This document shows, in pieces, positions 27,366 to 42,569 of a stretch of 64,000 bases of DNA (within the stretch, counting starts at the first letter, position 1; each line of letters opens with the position of its first letter). Position numbers and translations under genes: made by a program. The notes below the pieces were generated by a model. The model was not told the DNA's origin and ran no database searches. It saw nothing but the letters and a program-made list of their open reading frames with translations. The stretch lies in contig CM119266.1 of assembly GCA_051294375.1 (NCBI GenBank), positions 23,446,413 through 23,510,412 of the forward strand. Reading direction: 5' to 3'. The stretch comes from Paraspadella gotoi. Its lineage: Eukaryota; Animalia; Chaetognatha.

Positions 27366-30300
27366 CTCTCTCTCTCTCTTCAACACATCTCCATCGAGGC
27401 CCCGAACGAGCATTCATCCCGACAGAGACGGGGCCCGAATTGTAGCCTCTCGGGTCGTTTTGTAGTTCTGTATTCTTCGTTCGGCCGAGATCGAGCGCGA
27501 AGGTTCGAGTTTCGAGGCAAAAGTCGAAGAGTTGACTCAAAGGGAAAAGTCAGACTTGGGCGACGCGGACTGAGTTGCGGACTAAAAACCGGTCGAGGAG
27601 TCTCTCCACTTCGATTCTCGAGCGTCTCGCTATTCCGAAAGTTCCGCCACTTCGAAATATTTGATTACTTTTGGTTTTTAGTTCAAATATTGGTCGTATT
27701 CTATTTCCTTTGGTCTGAATATTAAAGAAAGTTATTTTTATTTAAAAAATGAATTGCATTACTTCATATTTTTGTAATTGAAATTAATTTTTAGATAATT
27801 TTAGTAGTTATAAATTTACTTTTTTAAACATTATTTCAGTTCATACATAGTTATAATGTTGCAAATTCAACTTACAACGTGTATAATATAAATTGTTCCC
27901 AAAAGGTAAACTTTCGCGAAAAGTTGAAAAACCGGATGTTGATGGACGACGATGACGAATGACGATGACACCAAGTCGTTCTAGACTGACTCTCATCAGA
28001 AATTCTAAACCACCGCCGATGGACCGATGAGACAGACAGACCGACGTACAACGACTACGACTGACGATGACCCCGGTTAAGAACCGTCGACCGATGTTTA
28101 TTCGTCGTCTGTATGATTCATTCCCGGCCCGACGGGACGTCGAAGACTATGATGATTATGATGATGATTTGATGATGATATGATGAGATTGATGATGAGA
28201 TGATAGACGAGTTAAAATAAAGACTATAATTTTAGAATTGAAACTGATGATGAGGATGATGATTTGATAGAGGATGATAAATATTAACTGAATTTTCAAT
28301 GGAAAATATATTTCGTCTGGAAGCCATAGTGTAAACAATAATTAATAAATAACGTATAAAAAAATTGAAATTATCGGAAAACTATTATTAAAACAATGTT
28401 TCGCTCGACATGCCGGATATTACCTAAAGTTCCTCGATGCTCTTTTATTGTCATTTCTGATTTTCGATTACCATCGATTTTTTTTTTTCTGTTTTATTTT
28501 CTTTTTTTCAATTCGGAATTTCCGAAAAACTTCGAAGAAACATCAAATATAGAGAGAATCTTGTTACTTCAATTCAAAATTTCACGAACTCGAAATACAA
28601 AAAAAAATAATTTAATTGAAAAGAAAACGAGTTCAAAAGTTATTCCTTTCTCTTGTACAAATTCGTTAGTCGTCTCAAACGGCCGCTGCGCCCACATTGA
28701 AATTCCCCATTTTTTCCTGTTTCTCCAAAGCCACTCGCCCCCATGATTTCAAAACCCCCACCCCATCCCCCAATTTCCCGCCATCTACAATTTTTCCCTT
28801 CTTATGTTGCCAAATTTAATCCTCCCCTTCTCTCTCGCTCACGTTCAACACCCCGCGTATTTCCTCTTCTTTCGAATTCGTTTGTTCCTCCACCCCCTTT
28901 TCCTTTTCCCCGACGCCCCCCCCTCCGTAAAAAACAGTTCAAATCCGAGACGAGAGATCGAGAGAGATTTTTCCCTCGAATCCCCAACCAGAAACGAGGA
29001 TTCGAGTTTCTTTTTTTCTTCTTCTTCTTCTTTCCGATCGAAACGCGAAGATCGAGTCTTTCAACGAAAACCAGTAGCGCGCCAAGCGAGAAGGAAAAAA
29101 AACACATGGGGAAAAATAAAACGAGGTTTGCCTCTGATTTCAAAGTTTTGGTGCTTCGATTCGACGCGAAATTCTCGAATCTCGCCGTCCGGATTTCCCT
29201 CGATCTCGATCTCATCTAAGTCTCGGATTATAAAAAAAAAATATTTTGTTTTAAATTTTAAATTTTAATTTCGTGTTTTTTCTCGAACGCATTAGTGATG
29301 TTTTAGTGATTGAAAACAAATGAAAATAACAAGACTGTCAGAGACCTTGAGCAAACGCGCGAATGTAATTAAAATACATTTTTTTTAAAAACGTATCCTT
29401 CTCATACTCATACTTGATTCATTTTTCTCTAATTTTTTTTGTTTTGCTTCGCTAAAATTGTTTAAACATTTGCTTTTAAATCATGTATTATTTTTTGGTT
29501 TCAATAGTATTGAAAAACTGATGACACTTTTATTTTAAGCAAAGTAGGCTCAAATTTGTTTAGACTTATGACATCTGTGTTATACTTTGTTTCCATAAGA
29601 CTCGTAGTTTTAATTTAAAAAAAATGAGAGTAGAATTGTTTGCAAAAGAAAATTTTATTAAAATCAGTTTCGAATTTAACGATAATTACTACCATTTATT
29701 ATTCACTATTCCGTTGATTTCATTCGATCATTGTGTACTAACGTGTCGCCACAGGGGTATTGGAAAATTTGGCTTCATTTTTACGAATTGTCCGCGAGAT
29801 GGTATAATGCATTGTCTCCTTAGAGGCGGATTTAAATTTTAACAAAAACGAACAATTAAACGTGAGGTGAATAACGGATTATATTTAACTTAATAATTAA
29901 TAATATTCGTCTAGAGAATTTCGCCTCTAAACCTTTTTTTTATCCGGAGTCTTTCACTTTACTTCTGCGTCGTCAAAACAAGTCGAAAAAAAAACAAAAA
30001 CAAACTCGCGTATAACCTAATTATAAAAACGCCGTCATTACTATTACCATAATTATTTTTCCAGTTTATATTTTTATTGTTAATGATAAAGCAACCGACA
30101 CGACATGGCACTACCAGTCTTACTGCCGTAACAGTTGATAAGTTGAAAATTGGAACGAGTCTTTTCTTCGTCAAAAGCGTGCCTAACCGTTTACCGAAAA
30201 CGCTGCCTTTTTTTTCCAGAGCACCATCCACTTAAAAAAAAAAAAATAAACAACCAACTAACAAATGAAAACTATTTTTGTTTTTTGGTCGCCGCCAGGG

Positions 30301-32094
30301 TAATTAAAAACTGTCAAAAAAACAAAGTAAACACCGAACCCCGTTTTATGAAGAGGTTGTTTGTCCACATTTGTCACGTTTGGGTTTATGAATTTTTTCT
30401 TTCTTCTTTACCCTCTTACCCACTTTCCCTTTCACGTCGTAATAAGAGTCACAGTTTGTCCCTTTTTGTGTCACCCTTTCTTTCCCTCGTAGTTCAAAAC
30501 CCGAGATTGATCTTTTGTCCGAATTTTTTAGTGTCCAGCAATCGCCGCGGCAGAAGTTCGTTCACATATGAATCTCAATTTTTTTGGATATAAAAGTTTT
30601 ATTCCTTCCAATTCGTTCCTTTAAGTAGAAATTCATTTAAAAACTAATTGTATGGATGTTTGCTTATTACAATAATCTTAAGTATTATCTGAATAATGGT
30701 GGTTTTTTTGACCGGAATAAGCTATTATTTTTTTTATTTTTCATCATGTAACACAAATAACGGGTTATATTAACGTGACAAAATGTTATTAAACAAAATA
30801 AGAACTACTTTCAGCCCTTCTTTTATGTCATTCTAGTGTTGCTTAACTGCCGAACAAAACAACAAACATGTTTATTGCTTTGCGCGATTTACAAGTGATA
30901 CAAGAGAGGCATGCAGTGAAGTGCCGTAAGTTCATAGGTTGATAAAAATTTAAAAGTTGACATTGAAACTTTTGAGAAAATGGAAGACTTAAATAAATCT
31001 TTAATTGATATCTATGAAGGCTTAGGATTGACTTAACATGCGTCGTTCGTAAAAGCAAATATGCATAGTTTTTTTGTAAAAAAAACTGCCTAATACTATT
31101 TAAATTGATGAAGAAAGTTCGCTATGTCATTTATTTTTTCAAATAACTTGACGAAAAAGTCGCTTCTTTATATTTTTTTTCCCTTGGTTGTTTATATTGT
31201 ACAAAAATTATACAGGGCTATCTTCACTTTTCAAATTAACATTCGCCAAAATTTATTTCGCATGGTCCTAAACGATTTTATGCTAATATTTATAATACTT
31301 ATAGCGATAATTGTACATTTTGTCCCGAGATCGTTTAAGAAAACAAAAGAGTAAACATTCTTCCACAAAAGTCAGTGTTTGTCTTCCTCGAGAGTACGCG
31401 ACTTGTTTGGGCATCGATTAATTTTCACGAATTCATTCGTCGTCAAAAAATGTCACGTACTACGTTTTTAATATTCGCTAAACCATGAGTGTGTAAACAT
31501 TTTCATTACCCGTATTGCAACCAATGGTCATATAAAAAGTACCGGTCGTCAAATTATTAATCTACATCTGCAAAAAAAATAATCACTGAAATCATCTTTA
31601 CATTTGTTTGCGATTCTTGAGCCTATTTTTTATGTTTAAATTTAGCTATGTGATGGGAAGTTTATCGAATTCTCCAGAGAAATTGTGACAAGCGTGAAAA
31701 AAATAATAAGGCCTAATTATGATTGCATTTATGAAATTGGCTACTACAAATATAAAATTATCCATTAATTTAATTAAATATTTTATTTTAAAATCATTAT
31801 TGATCTTTATTCTATAAATATCGTAATAAAAACATACCCCCTCTTCGACGATTAACTCACACCACCGCCAACAAAAGGCTTCTCCCCAACACCTGCGCCT
31901 CTCGAACGATTCTCCGTTTTTACGATCGCTCTCCAAAATCCTCAAAAATAAAATCCTTCAAAACCTTCACTTCGCTTATCGCCTTCATTTTCGCCCGCCT
32001 CGTTTTCGTTTTTCCTCGTTTACAGTCTTTGTTTAACGTAGTTGGATCAAGTGCGGAGAAAAAGTTTTAAACTTCGCTCGAATCACACATTAAT

Positions 32095-32163
<69 letters not shown>

Positions 32164-32480
32164 TCTCTCTCCTCTTCTCTCTCTCTCTCTATCTATCTCT
32201 CAATAATAATAAAACTTTTGTTCCACTCTTGAGTAAAAAAACAATATGGATAAAAAAAATATATGCGCGTCAATTTACTCCAGTAAATCTGCTTCGAAAA
32301 ATAATCCTTCGACTTGCGAAGCGAATATAAGCAAATTGTATAACTGAACCACCCCACCGCTTTTGTTTATAGAGTGATGATTTGTTACTGTGTTTCTTTT
32401 TTTTCAACGAATATTTTTACCGTTACAATCCTTGGATTTTTTCCTCCAGCCCCCTTCTCTCTTCTCTCTTCCCCCTCTTC

Positions 32481-32555
<75 letters not shown>

Positions 32556-34244
32556 ATCTTTGTTACATTCAGTCGTTTACATTTTTCCCTGCTCGCCCCC
32601 CCCTTCCGTTACAAATACGCCCCACCGGAAAGGCCATATCTTGTCGTCTTCGGCGTCATCGTTCGTCGACCTACGTTCGTCGTCGTCATCGTCGTCGCAA
32701 AGTTTTGTTATCGTTGTTCGACTCGTGGGTGAACAAACTCACAATTACACTACGGGCCATAAAATTACAGTTTTTTTTTTTAGTCGTCGTCGACCGTCGT
32801 CATCGTTGTCCGTCGTCATCGTCGTTCCTTCCGACCCTCAGTTCCATTTGAGAATCATTTCCTCAAATTCTTTTTACCGGACAAGTCTCCAAAATTCACA
32901 AACTCACGAAAACTCATGAAACTCACAATCGGACCATCTCACAAAAATAATATTTTTTTTTCTTCACAAATTTTTTTTTCTCACAAAACTATTAATTTTT
33001 TTTCTCAAAAACAAAAATTATTAAACGATCATAACTTCATGTACTTTATTTTGTTTCCTAAGTAGTATTTTTCTTCATCTCCCTCCTCTCTCTTTTCTCT
33101 CTTTCTCCTCTCTCTCTCTCTCTCTTCTCTCTTCTCTCTCTCTGAATCTCTACCCCCAGCAAAGCAGAAACCCCGGCCGAAGCTCTTTTCGGATTTTGTG
33201 CTGACTCCGGACCTTTTTTCTTTTCTTTCAAACGAATCTTAAAAATTTTGTCTTCGGGTTTTTTTGTTTTGTTTTTTTGTTTTTTTTAAATTTATTTTTT
33301 ATAAACTGATTCGTTTTTTTTCCGTGTGCGATATATTTACAGTCCCGATTTTGAATACTTGATCAGAAACCTTAACCTGTGCGAGAAGATAGAGAAGAAA
33401 AAGCAGACATCATTTTTAACTATTAGTGAGTGTAGAGTGAGCAAAGGTAACATTGATTTTTAAAAAGAAAAAACAAAACGCTACAACTTTGTAAAAGACT
33501 TTTATTTCTATTTCCTTTTTTCACTTCATCTCTTATTTTCAGTTTAAATATTTTTTTTTACAATACAAGTAACTAATTGCGTTTTTATCTGAAAAAAAAA
33601 AAAAAAAACACAAAATTACTTCCTTTAATCTTCTCGCTTTCCGTCTCTCTCTCTCTCTCTCTCCCTCCCTTCTCTTTCTACCGCATGCACCCTTTTGGCC
33701 ATCTGCACGCGCGGACACGCCAGCGCACACTCTAATTCGCACACAAGCCGGCACATAACGCTGTTTCCTCCTTCTGTCTCTCTCCGTCCCTCTTCTCGCT
33801 CTTCTCTTTTCTCTCGGCATCGATTCATCGTCTTCTACCTTCGCTTTCTTCTCTCCTCGAACCGCCGACGATCATTAGGACGACACGACGACGACGAACG
33901 ACGAGACGACGACGACGACGCACGACATCGACAAAAATCCAAAACAATCGAGCAGAAATCAACAGCTGGGAAGAGGCGAAGGAACCAGCACCGTCGCTTG
34001 ACTGATTCCACGTTTAAATGAGAGGAAAACGGAACAAAAATCTCGAATTCCAACGAAACTTTAAAGAGAAAAACATAAAAAAAGCCAAGATTTTTAAAGA
34101 GAAATCTGGGAACAATCTCTAGACAAGTTGGGTAAGCTGCTTCTCTGTCCGTTTCGTGCTGAGTACGTCCTATCTTGGCTTCCTGGGTAGTTACTTTCTT
34201 GTCCCTATCGAAAAAAGGTTCCCTCTCTCTCTCTCTCTCTCTCT

Positions 34245-34284
<40 letters not shown>

Positions 34285-34686
34285 TCGCCGCATGCGATAA
34301 TTCTTTGAGCTCGATTTCTCCCGAGCAGAAGTCATTTTCCATTTTCCTCCATATTTGTTGTCTTTTATTTTTAATCAGAGGAAAATCTTCTCTTGTAGTT
34401 CGACTTACGTTCTCTCTTCTCTTTCAAACAATTCGTAATAATAACAAAAACAATAACAACAACAGAAACCGATGATTTGTTATCAGTTTGACTTTCATCA
34501 TTCGACTTTAAAGGACTCCATCTCGATGATTTTCTTCTTTTTTCGTTTTTCGCGTCGAATTTCGTTTTTTTGTTGAAAAATCAAAACTTCATTTAATCTT
34601 TTTCTTTTTTATCCTTTTATCTTATAAGAGACGAAACCGCATTCTCACGCGAAACGCGGAATGGAAGATAGACAATACTGACCCTC

Positions 34687-34750
<64 letters not shown>

Positions 34751-34845
34751 TCTTCCTCTCTCTCCACACAACAAATGGCTAATAAAAGTAAAAAATCTCG
34801 GAAAAACATCACAACGACAACTTTCAAATAACAGAATCACCAGAT

Positions 34846-34927
34846 CCGACTAACCCTGTAAATCCGAGCTTGTTGGTAAGGCCCCCTTGCCACTCACCAG
34901 CACAAGTTGGTTTTACGGGGTTGGTGG
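34846..34927 (+). ncRNA. mir-10: MIR-10-family pre-miRNA hairpin
   Basis: 5' arm AACCCTGTAAATCCGAGCTTGT (34852-34873) matches canonical miR-10-5p UACCCUGUAGAUCCGAAUUUGU at 18/22 with an intact ACCCUGU seed. It pairs with the 3' arm ACAAGTTGGTTTTACGGGGTTG (34902-34923), using G.U pairs that work only on this strand. The basal stem extends into GGTGG. Hox neighbourhood fits the family. Confidence 0.8.
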
Positions 34928-35789
34928 CAAGGTTTGAAATCAGCTCGCCAATCGGTTTTCAAAACATACCCCCTTCGAATATTTTTATTATCTTTACTAT
35001 TATATATAATTTTAAATTTTGTTTAAATTTTTTTGTAACTAATTATTTATTAAATTTACGCTTTATTAATTTTTGCTTTCGACAATTTAGTTAAGATATT
35101 CTAATATGCTATAAAAAGTTGTATTTCATTGGGTTAGTGATCCAAATTTGAAAATTAGATGCAAGCAAAAATAATATCTCGTGCATTAAGACACTTAAAC
35201 TGATTATAAAGGCCGTTTGATATAATATCAAAATTTGTACTTTCGAAAAAAATGGGAACTAATAATCGAAAACTCTTATCGAAAGAGTAAATAAAGCAGA
35301 ATATGAATGAAAATAATCCTAATTTAGAAATTTATGTATATGTAAATGCATAATTAAACTTTAGAGAGAGAGGAAAAATTAGAAATGACAGCTTTTAAGT
35401 TATTTACGTATTGCGTATGGAAGTAATCGAGTTATAATCTTTAGAAAATCAATCAATCAAAGATGCGCCCGCGCTTAAATTAAAGGCCCTAAAAATATCC
35501 AAAAGAAGAAAAAAAAGTAAAATGAATCCAGTATTTCTTTTTTTCCCTCTTAGTCAGAAATCCGAGACGAGGATGAAAACTGGATGTGTTGAACTTTTCG
35601 ATAATTATAACCTCTAAATGTCATCTGGAAAACTCGTATGCAGGGAGAAGGATAGACGATGGGAGCATCAAAAAAGAAAAATTGTTCCAAAAAAGTCCAA
35701 AACCTTCCTCTGTATTTTCTCGACAGTGCCATACTTCAAGAATGTATTTAATTTCAAGGAATTTCCAAAACTATTCACCCTAATAAGAT

Positions 35790-36195
35790 CTACCATTTAA
35801 TTTTTTTTACGTATTAAAAAAAATTACAGATGCTTTCGATAATTCTCTTCATATCAGATAGACCAAATTTATTTTTAGAGAAGTTCCAACGCAGATCTGA
35901 TTGAATAAAAATTTGTTAGGAGACTTATATTTATTGTTACTCATATTTTATTTCTTTATAAAATGTACATTCATCAATTCAGAACTAAAAAAAACAGGCA
36001 TTAAAAGTATAATCGTTGCGTTCCGAAAACTCCTAAGTCGGCCTCAAATTTTTTTAGCCTTTGATCAGAAAGAAATTAATGATCGGTGATCCTTTTTCAA
36101 TCCTGAGTCAAAATTTAGATTTTGCCGGGAGAGAGAGAGAGAGAGAGAGAGGAAGAGAGATGGAGAGAGAGAGACGAGGAGAAAGAGAGAGAGAG

Positions 36196-36232
<37 letters not shown>

Positions 36233-36433
36233 TAATAGCCCAATCAGTAGCATGAATCAAAAAGTCGTTTTATCGAGCGATTTGATCTTTTTACAAATTT
36301 TTGAGAGAGTCATTTAATAATTTTGTATTCACTTGCTGACTCAATTTAGTCCAAAATTATCATTATATATTAGTATATTTGACTCTCTTTACTGTCTTTC
36401 TTTCTGGACTCTCTCTCTCTCTCGTCCTCCTCT

Positions 36434-36525
<92 letters not shown>

Positions 36526-36772
36526 TCTCTCTCTCTCTCTNNNNNNNNNNNNNNNNNNNNNNNNNAAGAGAGTCAAATATACTAATATATAATGATAATT
36601 TTTGGACTAAAATTGAGTCAGCAAGTGAAATACAAAATTATTAAATGACTCTCTCAAAAATTTTGCGTCACCGAAAACTCCTAAGTCGGCCTCAAATTTT
36701 TTTAGCCTTTGATCAGAAAGAAATTAATGATCGGTGATCCTTTTTCAATCCTGAGTCAAAATTTAGATTTTG

Positions 36773-36808
<36 letters not shown>

Positions 36809-36812
36809 AGAG

Positions 36813-36870
<58 letters not shown>

Positions 36871-37055
36871 AGAAGATAATAGCCCAATCAGTAGCATGAA
36901 TCAAAAAGTCGTTTTTATCGAGCGATTTTATCTTTTTACCAAATTTTTGAGAGAGTCATTTAATATTTTGATATTCACTTGCTGACTCAATTTAGTCCAA
37001 AATTATCATTATATATTAGTATATTTGACTCTCTTTCTGTCTCTTCTTTCTCTCG

Positions 37056-37145
<90 letters not shown>

Positions 37146-38785
37146 TTCTCAATTCCTTTTAGCCCCTTTTCGTATCATCCACCCCCGTCGCGAGAACAGG
37201 AAAAAGGGGGAAATTTATGCGTTCTGCTCTCCCTCGTTTTGATCTGGGTCTTTCGGAGTTGACCTGGATACCCCGACTCGGAGCCAAAGAGCCGTCGACG
37301 AGCGTCTAGCGTGGATCCGAGGCTGACCTCACCTCCGTCCGGACGCCTTCGAACCTTCCGCGACTGTTTTGAGTCGCGCAAGAAAAGAGAAATCATTAAT
37401 TTCAAATCAAATTCGGTGCCATCGGCGATCGAACGAAAGGGGCGAGGGGGGGGAGAGGCCTTTGTATGGGCCGACCCGTTCCCTTCCGAGGCCTTAGAAT
37501 TAGAGAGCATCGATGAGTGGTTAAAAAATTGTTTTGAAGCTATATTTAAGTTCTAAATTGAATGTATTCCAGTAGTTTAACGTGTATATCATTAAGTACT
37601 TTAGTGATAAGCAAAAAAATAAAAAATAAAGTGGATGGAACATATTTTGTTCTTTTTATACTAGCTGTTAGTGGTAAATAATCTCTAAACTTTAGTTAGT
37701 CTAAATCGTAATAGAAAACAGTTCCAGTTTCTAAAGAAACTATTTTTTTTTGAAAAAAATAAAAATTACAGAAAACAAAAAAGATAGTGAAAAAATTTTA
37801 ATATAAATCGGTTGATTTCTCACCTAGATTAATGAATAGAATTGAATACAGAAGGAATGTTGTTCAAATTTGTATTTGATTTTTTTAAAATTACCCAGTA
37901 ATTATTATTATTAATAATAATTAATATTATTATTAATATAAACTCTCATTCCAAACTTTGACAAAAATAAAACAAGGTCCATGATGGTCAAGTAAAGTTA
38001 AAGCCTAAAAAACTTAATCAATCACATAACCAGTCAATACGCATAGCCTTTTGAAGTTAGCCAATCCTGCTATAACGACAATTTCAAGCTGCTATTTCCT
38101 GTTCGAACCAACTGTTCAAACTCACAAAGGCACTCGGTATCCAAGCTCCCTTTCCAGCTTTTTCCTTTGAATGAACCGAATGCTGTTGGGCTGACGACCA
38201 CGACGACGATCAGAGCGACGACGCCGACGACGATGGGAACGACGACGAGTCGACCGCGACGTCGAAACACGACGACGAGCCTCAGAGTTGGTTGGGAAGA
38301 TTCCCGCGTCTGCAGGCAAATCCTCTTCCCTCTTCCCCCTCTCGTTGGTGAAGCACGGTAGTTCTCCCTTCCCGCTCCCTCCTCACGGTCCTTTTGTGTG
38401 TGAGAATGCCGCTTTAACGTCATTTTACGCCGCTCCTTGGTTCCTAGTTCCAGAAAACCCCCGCCAAGAGTATTGTCGCAGAAAAAGTAAAACGAACAAA
38501 GGTTATATTCCAAGTTATTTCTTTTTAGGATATGGCTTTCGTAAGTCCGATTTCTCTGTCTCAAGTTGTTTATAAATTTGTAATTTTTTTTATAAACGAT
38601 TACTAGTTAATTTATATTTTGTACTAAACAATATCATACTTCCAATTGGTTGAGTATTAATTTTTTAGAACTGACAAGAAATTATATTCACCTTTCCGAT
38701 TTAACGACGTAGTATGCAAGTTTGCTTGAAATTGTGATCTCTGACAGATTTATTATCAAGGCGTAACGATTCTTTCATCTAATCT
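35790..38785 (+). repeat. Direct copy of ~19412-21860 with internal local duplication/inversion
   Basis: 35790-36400 matches 19412-20060, 36663-37040 repeats 36018-36410, 36566-36662 is a short inversion, and 37140-38785 matches 20200-21860. Confidence 0.85.
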
Positions 38786-39892
38786 CTTCTTTTCATTTTT
38801 TTTTTTTNNNNNNNNNNNNNNNNNNNNNNNNNACGATTATACTTTTAATGGCCTGATTTTTAGTTCTGAATTGACTGAATGTACATTTTTAAAGAATAAA
38901 ATATGACGTAACAATAAATACGAAGGTCTCCCTAACAAATTTTTGTTCAATCAGATTTTGGACCTTCTCTAAAATAAATTTCGTCTAGTATCTGATATGA
39001 AGAGAATTATCGAAAGCATCTGTAATTTAAAAAAATTAAAATGGTAGATCTTATTAGGGTGAATAGTTTTGTGAAATTCCTTGAAATTAAATGCACCTGT
39101 CGAGAAAAAATACAGAGGAAAGTTTTGACTTTTTTGGAACAATTTTTCTTTTTGATCTCCCATCGTCTATCTTCTCCTCTGCATACGAGTTTTCCAGATG
39201 ACATTTAGAGGTTATAATTTATCGAAAAGTTCAAACAATCCAGTTTTCATCCTCGTCTCGATTCTGACTAAGAGGGAAAAAAAGAAATACTCGGATTCAA
39301 TTTTACTTTTTTTTTCTTCTTTTGAATATTTTTAGCCTTTAATTTAAGCGCGCAATCTTTGATTGATTGATTTTCTAAGATTATAACTCGATTACTCCAT
39401 ACGCAATACGTAATAACTTAAAGCTGTCATTCTAATTTTTCCTCTCTCTCTAAAGTTTAATTATGCATTTTACATATACATAAATTTCTAATTAGCATTA
39501 TTTCATTCATATTCTGCTTTATTTACTCTTTCGATAAGAGTTTCGCTTAATTTAGTTCCCATTTTTTATCGAAAGTACAAAATTTTGATATTATTACAAA
39601 CGCCTTTATAATCGTTAAGTGTCTCAATGCAGGATAATTATTTTTGCTTGCATCAATATTTCAAATTTGATCACTACCCAATGAAATACAACTTTTATAG
39701 GCATATAGATATCTAATAAATTGTCGAAAGCAAAAATAAATAAAGCGTAAAATTTAATAAAATAAAGTTATACAAAAAAATTATAAAAACAAAATCTTAA
39801 ACAAATTAATATAATAATAGTATAAGATAATAAAAATTATTCGAAAGGGGGTATAGTTTTGAAGCAATTTGGCGAGCTGATTTCCAACCTTG

Positions 39893-39972
39893 CCACCAAC
39901 CCCGTAAAACCAACTTGTGCTGGTGAGTGGCAAGGGGGCCTTACCACAAGCTCGGATTTACAGGGTTAGCGG
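39893..39972 (-). ncRNA. mir-10: Mirror copy of the MIR-10-family hairpin (within inverted duplicate)
   Basis: Reverse complement reads CCGCTAACCCTGTAAATCCGAGCTTGTGGTAAGGCCCCCTTGCCACTCACCAGCACAAGTTGGTTTTACGGGGTTGGTGG, with the mature-like arm at 39946-39967. It lies inside the 38833-45509 inverted duplicate, so it is probably the same locus. Confidence 0.7.
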
Positions 39973-40407
39973 ATCTGGTGGATTCTTCATTTTGAAAGNN
40001 NNNNNNNNAGAGAGTCAGTATTGGTCTTTCTCCATTCCGCGTTTCGCGTGAGAATGCGGTTTCGTCTCTTAAAGATAAAAGGAAAAAAAGAAAAAGATTA
40101 ATGAAGTTTTGATTTTCAAAACAAAAATACGAATTCGACCGAAAAACGAAAAAAGAGAAAACATCGAGATGGAGTCCCTTTAAAGTCGAATGATGAAAGT
40201 CAAAACTTGATAACAAAATCATCGGTTCTCTGTTGTTGTTATTGTTTTTGTTATTATTACGAATTGTTTGAAAGAGGAAGAGAGAATCGTAAGTCGAACT
40301 ACAAGAGAAGATTTTCCTCGGATTTAAAAATAAAAGACAACAAATATGGAGGAAAAGGAAAATGACTTCTGCTCGGGAGAACGAGCTCAAAGAATATCGC
40401 ATGACCG

Positions 40408-40455
<48 letters not shown>

Positions 40456-41515
40456 CTTTTTTCGATAAGGGACAAGAGTAACTACCAAGGAGCCAAGATA
40501 GGAACATACTCAGCACGAAACGGACAGAGAAGCAGCTTACCCAATGTCTAGAGATTGTTCCCAGGATTTCTCTTTAAAAATCTTGGCTTTTTTTATGTTT
40601 TTCTCTTTAATTTCGTTGGAATCGAGATTTTTGTTCCGTTTTCTCTCATTTAAACGTGGAATCAGTCAACGACGGTGCTGGTTCCTTCGCCTCTTCCCAG
40701 CTGTTGATTTCTGCTCGATTGTTTTGATTTTTTATTTCGTCGTCGTCGTCGTCGTCTTCGTCGTCGTCGTCGTCGTCGTCGTCCTAATGATCGTCGGCGG
40801 TTCGAGGAGAGAAGAAACGAAGGAGAAGACGTGAATCGATGCCGAGAGAAAGAGAGAGAGCGAGAGAGAGGGACGGAGAGAGACAGAGGAGAGAACACGG
40901 TATGTGCCGGCTTGTGTGCGAATTAGAGTGTGCGCTGGCGTGTCCCGCGTGCAGTGGCCAAAAGGTGCATGCGGTAGAAAGATAGGGAGGGAGAGAGAGA
41001 GAGAGAGAGACGGAAAGCGAGAGAGATTAAGGAAGTAATTTTGTGTTTTTTTTGTTTTTTTTCAGATAAAAACCAATTAGTTACTTGTATTTAAAAAAAT
41101 ATTTAAACTGAAAATAAAGATGAAGTGAAAAAAGGAAATATAAATAAAACGTCTTTTACAAAGTTGTAGCGTTTGTTTTTCTTTTTAAAAATCAATGTTA
41201 CCTTTGTATTAATATAATTAGTTAAAAATGATGTCTCTTTTTTCTTCTCTATCTCTCTCCACAGGTTAAGGTTTCTGATCAAAGTATTCAGAAATCGGGA
41301 CTTAAATATATCGCACACGAAAAAAACGAATCAGCTTTAAAAAAAATAAATTAAAAAAAAACAAACAAAAAAAAAAACCGAGACAAAATTTTTAAGATTT
41401 CGTTTGAAGAAAAGAAAAAAGGTCCGACGTTCCCAGCACAAAATCCGAAAGAGCTTCGCCGGGGTTCTGCCTTTGCTGGGGGTAGAGATTCAGAGAGAGA
41501 GAGAGAGAGAGAGAG

Positions 41516-41561
<46 letters not shown>

Positions 41562-42085
41562 ATACTACTTAGGAAAACAAAATAAACGGACATGAAGTAT
41601 GATCGTTTAATAATTTTTGTTTCTTGAGAAAAAAAATAATAGTTTTGTGAGAAAAAAAAAATTTTGTGAGAAAAAAAATATTATTTTTGTGAGATGGTCG
41701 ATTGTGAGTTTCATGAGTTCGTGAGTTTGTGAATTTTGGAGACTTGTCCGGTAAAAAGAATTTGAGGAAATGATTCTCAAATGGAACTGAGGGTCGGAAG
41801 AGAACGACGATGACGACGACAACGATGACGACGTCGACGACGACTAGAAAAAAAACTGTAAACTTTTTATGGCCCGAGTCGTAAATTGTGAGTTTGATTA
41901 AACCCACGACGTCGAACCCAACGATAACAAAACTTTGACGACGACGATGACGACGACGACGGTAAGGTCGACGACGATGACGCCGAAGACGACAAGAATA
42001 TGGCCTTTCCGGTGGGGCGTATTTGTAACGGAAGGGGGGGCGAGCAGGGAAAAATGTAAACGACTGAATGTAACAAAGATCAAAT

Positions 42086-42139
<54 letters not shown>

Positions 42140-42159
42140 AGAGGAGGAGAGAGAGAGAG

Positions 42160-42208
<49 letters not shown>

Positions 42209-42502
42209 AGAGAAGAGAGGACTGGGAGGAAAAAATCCAGGATTGGTACGTAAAAAATTTCGTGAAAAAAAGAAACACAGTAACAAATCACACTCATAAA
42301 CAAAAGCGGTGGGTGGTCATCAGTTATACATTTGCTTATATTCGCTCCAAGTCGAAGGATATTTTTCGAAGCAGATTTACTGGAGTAAATATGACGCGCA
42401 ATATTTTTTTTATCAATATTGTTTTTTTACTCAGAGTGGAACACAAAGTTTTATTATTATTGAGAGATAGAGAGAGTGAGAGGAGAAGAGAGAGGAGAGA
42501 GA

Positions 42503-42569
<67 letters not shown>

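Noticed and set aside
38190-38351. Acidic frame ADDHDDDQSDDADDDGNDDES...
   Set aside because: In-frame stop just upstream with no start or usable acceptor; explained by the GAC-repeat bias of this DNA.
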